In this document: positions 1 through 8,775 of the stretch, piece after piece
How the letters are laid out: each line of letters begins with the position of its first letter
Numbering within the stretch: the first letter of the stretch is position 1
Source: an uncultured delta proteobacterium
Lineage (GTDB): Bacteria; Desulfobacterota; Binatia; Binatales; Binataceae
DNA: 64,000 bases
Assembly: GCA_963808235.1 (NCBI GenBank)
Contig: CAWEEQ010000004.1
Location: 1,888,001 to 1,952,000 of the forward strand
Reading direction: 5' to 3'
The notes under the pieces: model-generated
Told to the model about the DNA's origin: nothing
Databases searched by the model: none
What the model saw: only the letters and a program-made list of their open reading frames with translations
Made by a program: the position numbers and the translations under genes

Positions 1-720
1 CTCTCCTTCGAGGTCCTTCTTGATAAGGCCAAAGCCAATCGGGTTTTCGGTTTCGTCCGGATCCGCCTCGCCGTGACCGTCCAGGAAGTCGATCAACTTC
101 TTGCTCTTCTTGGTCACCCGGATAATCGCGTTGGTCAGCCCTTCCTCGTTAAGCTCGGTGAGATTCGTCCCTTCGCCATTGTCGCCCCCGTATTGCAGAT
201 GCGTGGTGCCCATCACGGAGACTTTGTAGCGCTCGGCGAGTTCGGGATGTTTGTCCGGATCGACGATCTCATAAGTGACCTTGGGCGAGTAGTACGCGAA
301 GGTATCGTAAAGCTCTTGCGCCGAGGGATTGGTCCCGCCCTGGAAGAAGCCGTAGATCTTGAGCGGCTGCTTGAGCCCCTTGACCACGTTCACCGACTGG
401 CTCGACAGGCTGTAGACTTTCTCCGCCGTTAAATCCAGGCGGGCATGATGAATAGACGAGATGTAATTGATCGCGACCAGCAACCCGATATACGCAAGCG
501 AGTAGATGACGGCGTTGGCGCCGTAGCGCGCCGAGCGTCCGGTCGATATCGACGCGAGCGCCGAGCGGCTCGAAGTGATCCAGAGCACGATCGCGAACAG
601 GCCACCGACCAGGTTGACCCACACGAACAGGCGAAATCCGCTCGCGATAAAGTAGTCGACCGCGCCGAAGATAAGCAGGACCAGGCCGAGGATTCCGTAA
701 AGCGCCGCCGATCGCCGCAT
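1..720 (-). CDS. GldG-family ABC transporter auxiliary/substrate-binding component (5' part; runs off window)
   Basis: Hand translation from ATG at 720: MRRSAALYGILGLVLLIFGAVDYF...ARLDLTAEKVYSLSSQS...IVDPDKHPELAERYKV...IDFLDGHGE. N-terminal TM helices and DLT..K.YSLS / GHGE motifs; follows ABC ATPase and permease. Confidence 0.85.
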   Translation of the reverse strand, partial: MRRSAALYGILGLVLLIFGAVDYFIASGFRLFVWVNLVGGLFAIVLWITSSRSALASISTGRSARYGANAVIYSLAYIGLLVAINYISSIHHARLDLTAEKVYSLSSQSVNVVKGLKQPLKIYGFFQGGTNPSAQELYDTFAYYSPKVTYEIVDPDKHPELAERYKVSVMGTTHLQYGGDNGEGTNLTELNEEGLTNAIIRVTKKSKKLIDFLDGHGEADPDETENPIGFGLIKKDLEGE

Positions 721-736
721 CCGCCGCCCCTCTATC

Positions 737-1510
737 CTAACGCCAGCGCGCCGACTCGACCGATCGTTGGGTCAAGAACAGCGCCACGAAGATCAGGCTG
801 AGAAAGTAAACGATGTCGCGAGTGTCGATAATCCCGGTCACCATCTGCGCGAAGTGATCGGGCAGCGAAAGATAATTCAGCAAGCCGAGGAATTGGCCCC
901 CGCCCGCCTGCGCCGGCCATGAGATCACGAACAGGAAGAGCAGCGCTCCGAAGCAGCTTATCGCCGCGATGATCTGATTCTGAGTAAGCGAGCTGGTAAA
1001 CAGTCCGATCGAAACGAACGAAATCGCGAGCAGCGCGAGTCCCAGGTATCCGGAGAACATCACGCCGATTTCGGGATTTCCGAACGCGATCAGGATCAGC
1101 GGGAACATGCCCGCCAGCCCAATCATGATCAGCATGAATGCGGCGGCGGCAATAAATTTGCCCGCGACGATCTCGCCGGTGCGAATCGGCGCCGTCAACA
1201 GCAGCTCGTAAGTGCCGGTGCGCTTCTCCTCGGCGAAACTTCGCATCGTGATCGCCGGCACCAGGATAACCAGCACGATCGCGAGATTGTGCAGCATCGG
1301 CTCGATCACGCGCTCATTGAGATTCAAACGCTGCAGCACTTCCGGATTCTGCATCGCAGAGTACGCGCTGAGCGTGACTTCGAAATAGCGCAGCAGCGCG
1401 AAAAAGAAGAATCCGCCCAGGAGCAGAAACACCGTCATCACGACGTACGCAACCGGCTGCAGGAAGTAGCCTGCGAGCTCCTTGCCTGCGATAGTCAGCG
1501 AATTTTTCAT
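737..1510 (-). CDS. ABC-2 type permease (GldF-like)
   Basis: Multi-TM protein with TMRSFAEEKRTGTYELLLTAP and SSLTQNQIIAA motifs. Confidence 0.9.
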   Translation of the reverse strand: MKNSLTIAGKELAGYFLQPVAYVVMTVFLLLGGFFFFALLRYFEVTLSAYSAMQNPEVLQRLNLNERVIEPMLHNLAIVLVILVPAITMRSFAEEKRTGTYELLLTAPIRTGEIVAGKFIAAAAFMLIMIGLAGMFPLILIAFGNPEIGVMFSGYLGLALLAISFVSIGLFTSSLTQNQIIAAISCFGALLFLFVISWPAQAGGGQFLGLLNYLSLPDHFAQMVTGIIDTRDIVYFLSLIFVALFLTQRSVESARWR

Positions 1511-1528
1511 CGGTGCAGCTTCGGGCGC

Positions 1529-2296
1529 CTAGTTGCTGTGGCCCGCCCCAACCTCCTCCAGCTTTTCCTCCGCACTCGCGTCGTCATGGCGTTCCTTGGT
1601 GATCGCCGCGAGAAAGATATCTTCCAGCGAAGTCCCGCCCGGGAGCTGCTTCAAGTATTCCTCGAGCACCACGTGGCCGTCGGCGATTATGACGACCTTG
1701 TCGCAGATCTGGGAAACCTCGGGCAGGATGTGCGTCGAGAGCACCACCGTCCGATTCCCCGACAACTGATGAATCAGTCCGCGAATCTCATGGATCTGGC
1801 GCGGATCGAGACCGATGGTCGGCTCGTCGAGCACCAGCACCGGTGGATCGTGAATCAATGCCTGCGCGAGGCCGACGCGCTGCCGGTAGCCCTTGGACAA
1901 CTGTCCGCAGATCCGATGCGACATGTCGGTCAGGCCGCAAACCTCCAGCACATGGTCGAGCGCCGACTGGATCTTCGCGCGCGGCACGTCGCGAAGTCTC
2001 GCGACGAACCGGAGATACGCTTCGACCCGCATATCGAGATAGAGCGGCGGGTTCTCGGGCAGGTATCCGATCTTGCGGCGCGCCTCGAGCGACTGCGAAA
2101 AGATATCGAGGCCGTCGATCAGCACGGTGCCCGCGGTCGCCGGCATGTAGCCGGTGATGATCCGCATCGTGGTGGTTTTTCCAGCGCCGTTGGGGCCCAG
2201 GAACCCCAGGATAGAACCGCTTTCGGCTTTGAACGATACGTCCCTGACCGCGACAAAATCGCCATAGGCTTTGGTTAGGTTTTTAACCTCGATCAT
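1529..2296 (-). CDS. ABC transporter ATP-binding protein (GldA-like)
   Basis: Walker A GPNGAGKTT, signature LSKGYRQR, Walker B VLVLDEPT. Confidence 0.95.
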   Translation of the reverse strand: MIEVKNLTKAYGDFVAVRDVSFKAESGSILGFLGPNGAGKTTTMRIITGYMPATAGTVLIDGLDIFSQSLEARRKIGYLPENPPLYLDMRVEAYLRFVARLRDVPRAKIQSALDHVLEVCGLTDMSHRICGQLSKGYRQRVGLAQALIHDPPVLVLDEPTIGLDPRQIHEIRGLIHQLSGNRTVVLSTHILPEVSQICDKVVIIADGHVVLEEYLKQLPGGTSLEDIFLAAITKERHDDASAEEKLEEVGAGHSN

Positions 2297-2466
2297 TCAG
2301 TTGGCCCAGTCACGGCGCACCGAAGAAAGCCGCCGATTCAATCCCAATGACGAAAAGTCATTCCTGGTAATTCAAACAGTCTCGGAGCAACCGACTAATT
2401 AATCACAGCGACTCAAACTGTCAATACGACGATTCGAACTGGCGGATAGTCTCCGATTCACATTCG

Positions 2467-2514
2467 CGATGCTTTTGCATTGAGAACCGTATCGGCTAGT
2501 TTCGGTTTATGGCC
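2467..2514 (+). repeat. 48-bp direct repeat, copy 1 (duplicate of polA promoter and start)
   Basis: cgatgcttttgcattgagaaccgtatcggctagtttcggtttatggcc; 47/48 identical to 3313-3360. Confidence 0.97.
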
Positions 2515-2617
2515 CTTGGCTGAGTCGCATTCGCTCTGAGCAGGCCGGCGCAGAGGCTTGGCAAGGATGTTCTACGGTGCAGCCATAAGCTGAGATGACG
2601 AAAAAAGGAATCCGATC

Positions 2618-3268
2618 GTGACCCAAGACCATCGCTGGTCAGCACTCGACGAGCCGTGGCAGATGGCACTGACACTGGCGTGGGAGGCGTATGTCGGGGG
2701 TAACGTGGGCGTGGGCGCGGCGCTTACCGATCCTCCCGGGCGAGTTGTTGCTGTCGGAAGAAATCGCGTTTCGGACAAAGAAGCCCCGGCAGGAAGGCTT
2801 CGATCGACGTACATCGCCCACGCCGAGCTCGACGTTTTGGGACAATTGACGCCGGGCGATTACAGGGACCACACACTCTGGACGACGCTCGAACCCTGCC
2901 CACTCTGCACCATGGCCATCCTGACGAGCAACGTCGGAAGCGTCACGTTCGCAGCAAAAGATCGTCTCTGGGACGGGATATCTCGGCTAACTGAACTCAA
3001 CGAATTCATCGCAAGCCGCTGGCCTGTTCGGCGTGGACCGCTCGGCGGCCCGGTTTCTGTATTTTCTGAATTGCTTCCCTTGCTTTGGTTTCTGGAGCAC
3101 AAGCCTGATGGAACCGTCGTCGAGAAGTACGAAACGCAACACCCGCGACTTCTGGCGCTCGCCAGGAGTCTAAGCGGCGATGCCCGATTCGCCGACCTGA
3201 AGGCCCACCCTGCAAATGTGGCGCTGAATCAACTCTGGGCTGATCTTGCAGCGATCGAAGACGAGTAA
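2618..3268 (+). CDS. Zn-dependent nucleoside deaminase (cytidine/TadA-like fold)
   Basis: HAE motif (IAHAELDVL) and PCxxC motif (TLEPCPLC). Confidence 0.9.
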   Translation: MTQDHRWSALDEPWQMALTLAWEAYVGGNVGVGAALTDPPGRVVAVGRNRVSDKEAPAGRLRSTYIAHAELDVLGQLTPGDYRDHTLWTTLEPCPLCTMAILTSNVGSVTFAAKDRLWDGISRLTELNEFIASRWPVRRGPLGGPVSVFSELLPLLWFLEHKPDGTVVEKYETQHPRLLALARSLSGDARFADLKAHPANVALNQLWADLAAIEDE

Positions 3269-3312
3269 TCGTCAGACGCATTTGGCTATGCGCCAAAGAG
3301 ATTCTTCTTCCT

Positions 3313-3360
3313 CGATGCTTTTGCTTTGAGAACCGTATCGGCTAGTTTCGGTTTATGGCC
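3313..3360 (+). repeat. 48-bp direct repeat, copy 2; includes putative polA promoter and ATGGCC
   Basis: cgatgcttttgctttgagaaccgtatcggctagtttcggtttatggcc; TTGCTT..16 nt..TAGTTT, then 6 nt to ATG at 3355. Confidence 0.95.
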
Positions 3361-5949
3361 GGTGAACGCAGGCAACTGATTCTCGTCGATGGTTCCGGGT
3401 ACGTCTTTCGCGCGTTTCACGCGTTGCCGCAGATGAACACTTCGCGGGGACTGCCGACCAACGCCACCTATGGATTCATCCGGATGCTACTGAAGCTGCT
3501 GAAGGACGCGCGGCCTACCCATATCGCGATTGTGTTCGACTCGCCGAAGAGAACTTTCCGCGACGACCTGTTCGAGGATTACAAAAAGAACCGCGTCGAG
3601 ACGCCGAACGATCTGCTGACGCAAATTCCGTATATCCATCGCGCCGTCGAAGTGTTTCGTATCAAGAGCATCGTGCATGAGGGCGTCGAAGCCGACGACG
3701 TGATCGGCACGCTCGCGAGGCGCGCGGCGCAGGAGCACTTCACCGTTACGATTGTCACCTCGGACAAGGACTTCATGCAGCTCGTGGGTCCTCACGTGAC
3801 GCTGTGGGAAACGATGAACGATCGGCGGACTGGAGTCCGCGAGGTCAGAGAGCGCTTCGGTGTCGAGCCGCCGGCGCTGGTCGATATTCAGGCGCTCACT
3901 GGCGATACGATCGACAACGTAAAAGGAGTCCCGGGAGTCGGCGAGAAAACGGCGTCTGCGTTGGTCCAGAAGTTCGGCAGCGTCAAGGGGATTTACGAAA
4001 ACCTGGAGCGAATCGAGGAGACGGGAATTCGCGGCGCGAAAAGAGTTGCGGCGCTTCTGCAAGAGCATCGCGCGGGCGTGGACCTCGCGCGCAAACTGGT
4101 TCGCATCGATACCGACGTGGCGCTCAGCGTCGCACCCCACGAATTCGCATGGGTGGGCGTCGACGAGAAGGCCGCCGCGGAATTGCTACGCGAGCTGGAA
4201 TTTCACTCGATCATCCGCGAAATCTCGCCTTCGCAGGTCGAGCTCCCGGGCCTCGAATCGGCCCGCGCGCCAGCCGCCGCGGTGGCGGGGGAAAGTCTGA
4301 TCGACGCACTCAAGCAGCTTAAAGGAGCGCCGCGAATCGCACTCGATCTCAGCAAGACGGCCGACGGAGTCGAGCAGCTGCAATTGGCCGGTGCGGAAGA
4401 GTCATTCGTCGTCGATGCGGAAAGTATAGCGAGCACGAAGGCTTTGCTCGAATCGGCCGAGCCGCCCAAATCATGCCACGATTTGAAAACTCATCTTGGC
4501 GCGTTCACTCGGCATGGAATCACTCTCAGGGGCGTGGATTTCGACACGATGCTGGCCGGCTTCCTGGTCAACTCGGGACAGGACGAGCCGACTTTGATCG
4601 ACTTGTACCACGAGTACCTGGCCCCGCTCGGCCGCGACGTTCCGCCCGGCTCGAACGCGCAATTGGTGACCCGCCTGCACGAGGCGTTGAGCGCGCGGCT
4701 TCAGGCCGACGGTCTTCGCCCGTTGTTCGATGACATCGAGATGCCGGTGGCGTCGATCTTGGCGGAGATGGAGGCCATCGGGATCAATATCGACGGCGAG
4801 GCGCTGAAGACCATCTCGAAGGAATTCGCCGAACAGATGAGCGGGCTCGAACGCGAATGCTACCAGCTCGCGGGCCGCGAATTCAATCTGAATTCGCCCA
4901 ATCAACTGCGCGAGGTGCTGTTCAACGACCTCAAGCTTACGTCGAAGGGCCTCAAGAAAACCAAGAGCGGATTCTCGACCGATGCCGACACGCTCGAAAA
5001 GCTCGCAGCGGTGCATCCGCTGCCGCGCAAGCTTATCGAGTACCGCACGATTTCCAAGCTCAAGTCGACGTACGCCGACTCGTTGTCTGAGGTGATTCAT
5101 TCGGGGACCGGCCGAATCCACACTACCTGGAACCAGGCCCAGGTTCCGACCGGGCGGGTCAGCTCCCACGATCCGAACCTGCAAAATATCCCGACCCGCA
5201 GCGAAGAGGGCCGCCGGATCCGGCGCGCGTTCATCCCCGCGGAGGGGAGCTTGTTCGTGTCGGCGGATTATTCGCAGATCGATCTTCGCGTGCTGGCTCA
5301 CCTGTCGGGCGACCAGACGCTCGTCGATGCGTTCAACCGCGGCGAGGATATCCACGTCCGGACCGCGACCGAGGTGCTCGGGATCACGGCTGACAAAGTC
5401 GACGCGGCCGGGCGGCGGCTCGCCAAGGTGATCAACTTCGGAATCATCTACGGGATGGGGCCGCAGCGACTGGCCGGGGAGCTCGGGATTGCGCTGACGG
5501 AGGCGTCGGACTACATCAAGCGCTACTTCCAACGTCTGCCCGGAGTGCGGGCCTGGCTGGACGAGACGGTCCGCAACGCGCGCGAGACCGGTTACGTAAC
5601 GACAATGTACGGGCGGCGCAGGTATCTGCCCGAACTTAACGCCCCACCCGGAGGAGCGCGGGCGCAGGCAGAGCGAATCGCCATCAACACCCCCATCCAG
5701 GGCACGGCGGCGGACCTGATAAAGCTCGCCATGATACGGCTTGACCGGGTGCTCCGCGGTCGAAAGCTCGAGGTGCGGATGATTTTGCAGGTACATGACG
5801 AACTTCTGCTGGAAGCGCGAAAAGACCAATGGAAAGAGGCCGGCGAATTTGCGAAACGCGAGATGGAGGGCGTCGCCGAGCTGAAGATTCCGCTCAAGGT
5901 GGAGCTGAAATCGGGGCCAAACTGGGCTGAGATGAGCCCCGCGGCATGA
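3355..5949 (+). CDS. polA: DNA polymerase I
   Basis: 5'-3' exo LVDGSGYVFRAFHA; motif A ADYSQIDLRVLAHLSGD, motif B RRLAKVINFGIIYG, motif C QVHDEL. Confidence 0.98.
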   Translation: MAGERRQLILVDGSGYVFRAFHALPQMNTSRGLPTNATYGFIRMLLKLLKDARPTHIAIVFDSPKRTFRDDLFEDYKKNRVETPNDLLTQIPYIHRAVEVFRIKSIVHEGVEADDVIGTLARRAAQEHFTVTIVTSDKDFMQLVGPHVTLWETMNDRRTGVREVRERFGVEPPALVDIQALTGDTIDNVKGVPGVGEKTASALVQKFGSVKGIYENLERIEETGIRGAKRVAALLQEHRAGVDLARKLVRIDTDVALSVAPHEFAWVGVDEKAAAELLRELEFHSIIREISPSQVELPGLESARAPAAAVAGESLIDALKQLKGAPRIALDLSKTADGVEQLQLAGAEESFVVDAESIASTKALLESAEPPKSCHDLKTHLGAFTRHGITLRGVDFDTMLAGFLVNSGQDEPTLIDLYHEYLAPLGRDVPPGSNAQLVTRLHEALSARLQADGLRPLFDDIEMPVASILAEMEAIGINIDGEALKTISKEFAEQMSGLERECYQLAGREFNLNSPNQLREVLFNDLKLTSKGLKKTKSGFSTDADTLEKLAAVHPLPRKLIEYRTISKLKSTYADSLSEVIHSGTGRIHTTWNQAQVPTGRVSSHDPNLQNIPTRSEEGRRIRRAFIPAEGSLFVSADYSQIDLRVLAHLSGDQTLVDAFNRGEDIHVRTATEVLGITADKVDAAGRRLAKVINFGIIYGMGPQRLAGELGIALTEASDYIKRYFQRLPGVRAWLDETVRNARETGYVTTMYGRRRYLPELNAPPGGARAQAERIAINTPIQGTAADLIKLAMIRLDRVLRGRKLEVRMILQVHDELLLEARKDQWKEAGEFAKREMEGVAELKIPLKVELKSGPNWAEMSPAA

Positions 5950-5958
5950 ATATTTCGC

Positions 5959-5987
5959 TGAATTTAGTCGGCTCGAGTACCGTCTAT
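5959..5987 (+). promoter_or_regulatory. Putative ECF (sigmaE-type) autoregulatory promoter
   Basis: TGAATTT-N16-GTCTAT, 5 nt before the TTG start of the ECF sigma gene; resembles GGAACTT-N16-GTCnAA. Confidence 0.55.
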
Positions 5988-5992
5988 TCAAG

Positions 5993-6571
5993 TTGAGAAC
6001 GCCAGGCCGTCAGGACGGCGATGAAGCCGAACTAATCGAGCGGTCGCGCAAGGGCGATGCCGAGGCGTTCGGCGTTCTGGTCGAACGTTACCAGCGCCGG
6101 GTAATCGGAGTAGCACTTGCGGTCGTACACAACCAGGATGACGCCGTCGAGCTCGCACAAGAGACCTTCATTCGGGCGTACGAGAACCTCGGCAAGTTCG
6201 AATCGCGTTCCAGCTTTTCGACGTGGCTCTACCGAATCGCAGCAAACCTCGCGATCGATTTCTGGCGTCGCGAAGGCCGCCACGTGGTCTTGCACGGAGA
6301 AGATGCCGAGAGCGAAATCAGTAGATTGCCAACCACGCATGGAGACTCATTCAAGGAAGTCAGCCGCAGTCAACTCTCCGAGCGACTGAAGAAAGCGCTG
6401 GAGGAGTTGACGCCGGAACATCGCGCAGTGATACTTTTACGCGAAGTCGAAGGAATGTCTTACGACGAGATTAGTGAAGTTCTACAGTGTCCAAGAGGCA
6501 CGGTAATGAGCAGGTTGCACTATGCTCGCACCCACCTGCGGACCATCTTGAAGGACCTGGCCGGGAGTTGA
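5993..6571 (+). CDS. ECF RNA polymerase sigma factor (RpoE-like)
   Basis: Region 2 DAVELAQETFIRAY..FSTWLYRIAAN; region 4 EGMSYDEISEVLQCPRGTVMSRLHYAR. Confidence 0.95.
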   Translation: MRTPGRQDGDEAELIERSRKGDAEAFGVLVERYQRRVIGVALAVVHNQDDAVELAQETFIRAYENLGKFESRSSFSTWLYRIAANLAIDFWRREGRHVVLHGEDAESEISRLPTTHGDSFKEVSRSQLSERLKKALEELTPEHRAVILLREVEGMSYDEISEVLQCPRGTVMSRLHYARTHLRTILKDLAGS

Positions 6572-6578
6572 TCGGGAT

Positions 6579-7130
6579 ATGGCTGAATGTAGTGAAATAG
6601 GCCTGATGCTCGGCGCGTTCGAGGACTCCGAACTCGAGCCGAACGAGATGCAGGAGGTCGCGTTCCATTTGGCGCGATGCGAGTCCTGCGCCGGCATCCT
6701 CTCCGACTACTCGACGGTCGGGCGAGAACTGAGATCGCTTGCCACGGTGCCCGCGGTGCCCGGCTTCGCGAATGCCGTACTCGCGCGTATCGATCGACTG
6801 CCGCAGCCATGGTTCAAGCGAATCGAGCGGTACTTCGGCCGCGGTACGGATTTCATCGGCTCAGGATTCGCGTGGGGCGGCGCGATCGCAGCAGTCGCCT
6901 TGCTGACCGCGATCATCCTCACTCCGTATGCAGAGCAGCTAGGTAATCGAGCCCCCGCAACCACTTTGGTCTCAACGCAGGTAGCAAGTGCGACACCGGA
7001 CGAGCCTGCGATGGCCGACAGCGATTCGCACGCGGACATCTCGCGACTCGAGTCCGGCAATTCCGCGGTGGCAGTATGGAGTGAGCCGCGCAAGGACACG
7101 ACGGTCATTTGGCTACCTGATCAGCCCTAG
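6579..7130 (+). CDS. Zinc-binding (ZAS, zf-HC2) membrane anti-sigma factor
   Basis: HLARCESC (Hx3Cx2C) motif, one TM helix, directly downstream of the ECF sigma. Confidence 0.88.
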   Translation: MAECSEIGLMLGAFEDSELEPNEMQEVAFHLARCESCAGILSDYSTVGRELRSLATVPAVPGFANAVLARIDRLPQPWFKRIERYFGRGTDFIGSGFAWGGAIAAVALLTAIILTPYAEQLGNRAPATTLVSTQVASATPDEPAMADSDSHADISRLESGNSAVAVWSEPRKDTTVIWLPDQP

Positions 7131-7136
7131 GTCGTC

Positions 7137-7658
7137 ATGACGCTACGCCCCGGTAGTCTCACCTTCCTAATCATCGCGATCACCGCTCTTGGAACGCCGG
7201 GCTTGTCCTGCGCTCAGACGGCTCCGCGGCAGGTCACCGTTTATATCGACACCGTACTCGCCGCCGACACTCACGAGGGCGTGGACAAGCGGCTGGTTCC
7301 GATGATGCCGAAACTCAACGGGCTGTTCAGTTTCTCGACTTATAGCCTGGTCAACCATCAGGAAGGCGAGACCGAGTGCGGCAAGATGATCGCGTTCACG
7401 ATTCCCGGCGGCAAGATTCTGCACGTTCAGCCGCGCGCCGTTGACGGCGACATGATCGCGATGGAGATCGTGCTGTTCGACGGAACCCGGCCGATGATGA
7501 CCACCGACCTGAAGCTCAAGAATGGGGGAACGTTGATCGTCGGCGGCCCGCGCTACGAGCAGGGGATGATGTTCATGTCGATCGGCGCGAGCACCGGGCC
7601 GCATCAAGTGGGTCCTGCGGAATCCAACACCACTCCCGCCGAAGCTAACACCCGGTAG
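7137..7658 (+). CDS. Secreted hypothetical protein, third gene of the ECF operon
   Basis: Signal-peptide-like N-terminus, 6-nt gap after anti-sigma. Confidence 0.75.
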   Translation: MTLRPGSLTFLIIAITALGTPGLSCAQTAPRQVTVYIDTVLAADTHEGVDKRLVPMMPKLNGLFSFSTYSLVNHQEGETECGKMIAFTIPGGKILHVQPRAVDGDMIAMEIVLFDGTRPMMTTDLKLKNGGTLIVGGPRYEQGMMFMSIGASTGPHQVGPAESNTTPAEANTR

Positions 7659-7826
7659 GCTTGATTGGCGTCAGAGATCGCGCTCTGGGGTGGTCCAAGG
7701 CACTCTGACTGCGTCACTTTCCTGCTTTTGATTTTCTCGTAAAACGAGCAATTTATACCACCTGTTGGGAGTGTCTCAGTTTCATCCCTGGAATCCGGTC
7801 GAGATGACAGACAGCTGGCATCAGCG

Positions 7827-8687
7827 ATGAAGCTGATCCTCAGCCGCAAGGGATTCGACGCCACCCACGGCGGATGCCCGAGTCCGATTCTCGACGACAA
7901 CTTGCTTTGCTCGCTTCCGATTCCGGACGATCGATCGCCGACTGCTTATCGGGATATTTCATTCAACGGGTCAGGCGTTGCGGCGATAGTGGAGAGCCTC
8001 ACGCGCGGACGGATCGATGGCAGCGATGGCGCGCATCTCGATCCCGACTTGCGACGCGATGCGATTCGGCGGGCCAAGGATGGCTGCCGATCTTCGGCCA
8101 GGCGGGCGCCGCGCAGACGCATCTCGCACGGAATCGAGTGGGACCGGGCGACCTGTTTCTCTTCTTCGGATCGTTCCGCCGTGCGGAGAGAGACGGCGGA
8201 GCGCTTCGATTCGTTCGCGGAGCTCAGAACCTTCACGTGATTTTCGGATGGCTTCAGGTGGGAGAAGTGCGGGCAGTCGCCGATTCTCTCGCGAAAGAAA
8301 TGCCATGGACCCGGCGGCATCCACATCTGAGCGCGCCCGAACGTTTCAAGAACAACACGCTCTATCTCGCTAGCGAACGGTTGTCCTCGTGTAAGCTCGA
8401 TGCGTGCGGCGCCGGAATCTTCGAGCAGCTCCGGCCGGAGTTGACGCTCACCGCGACCGATCCGTACACCGGATGCTCGACGTGGAGGCTGCCACGATGG
8501 ATTCATCCCGGCGCGCAGCCCGCTCTCTTACCACGCCAAACTATCTCGATGGACTGCCTGCGAGACATCGGTTCGGCTGAAATCGGCATATCCGGGTCAG
8601 GAATTCGTGCTCGACCTCGATGAGTATCCGGAGGCATACGATTGGCTGCTGGGAATTTTCGCGCGGTCGGAAGCTGCGTGCGATTGA
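7827..8687 (+). pseudogene. Nmad3-like (nucleotide modification associated domain 3) gene with two frameshifts (pseudogene or assembly error)
   Basis: Frame 1 MKLILSRKGFD..GGCPSPI..LCSLPIPD..HLDPDL; shift near 8078 to WLPIFGQAGAAQTHL..GDLFLFFG..HVIFGWLQV..HPH; shift near 8510 to PLSYH...GQEFVL, TGA at 8685-8687. Family assignment from motif recall. Confidence 0.75.
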
Positions 8688-8720
8688 TTGCGGCGCGGCG
8701 GACAATTGCGCCGCAATGGT

Positions 8721-8758
8721 CCCCCACCTTAACCCTCCCCGACAAACGTGGGAGGGAA
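8721..8758. repeat. REP-like palindromic element between convergent genes
   Basis: cccccaccttaaccctccccgacaaacgtgggaggg; ccctccc/gggaggg stem. Confidence 0.6.
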
Positions 8759-8775
8759 TCAGGACCATACTGCAA

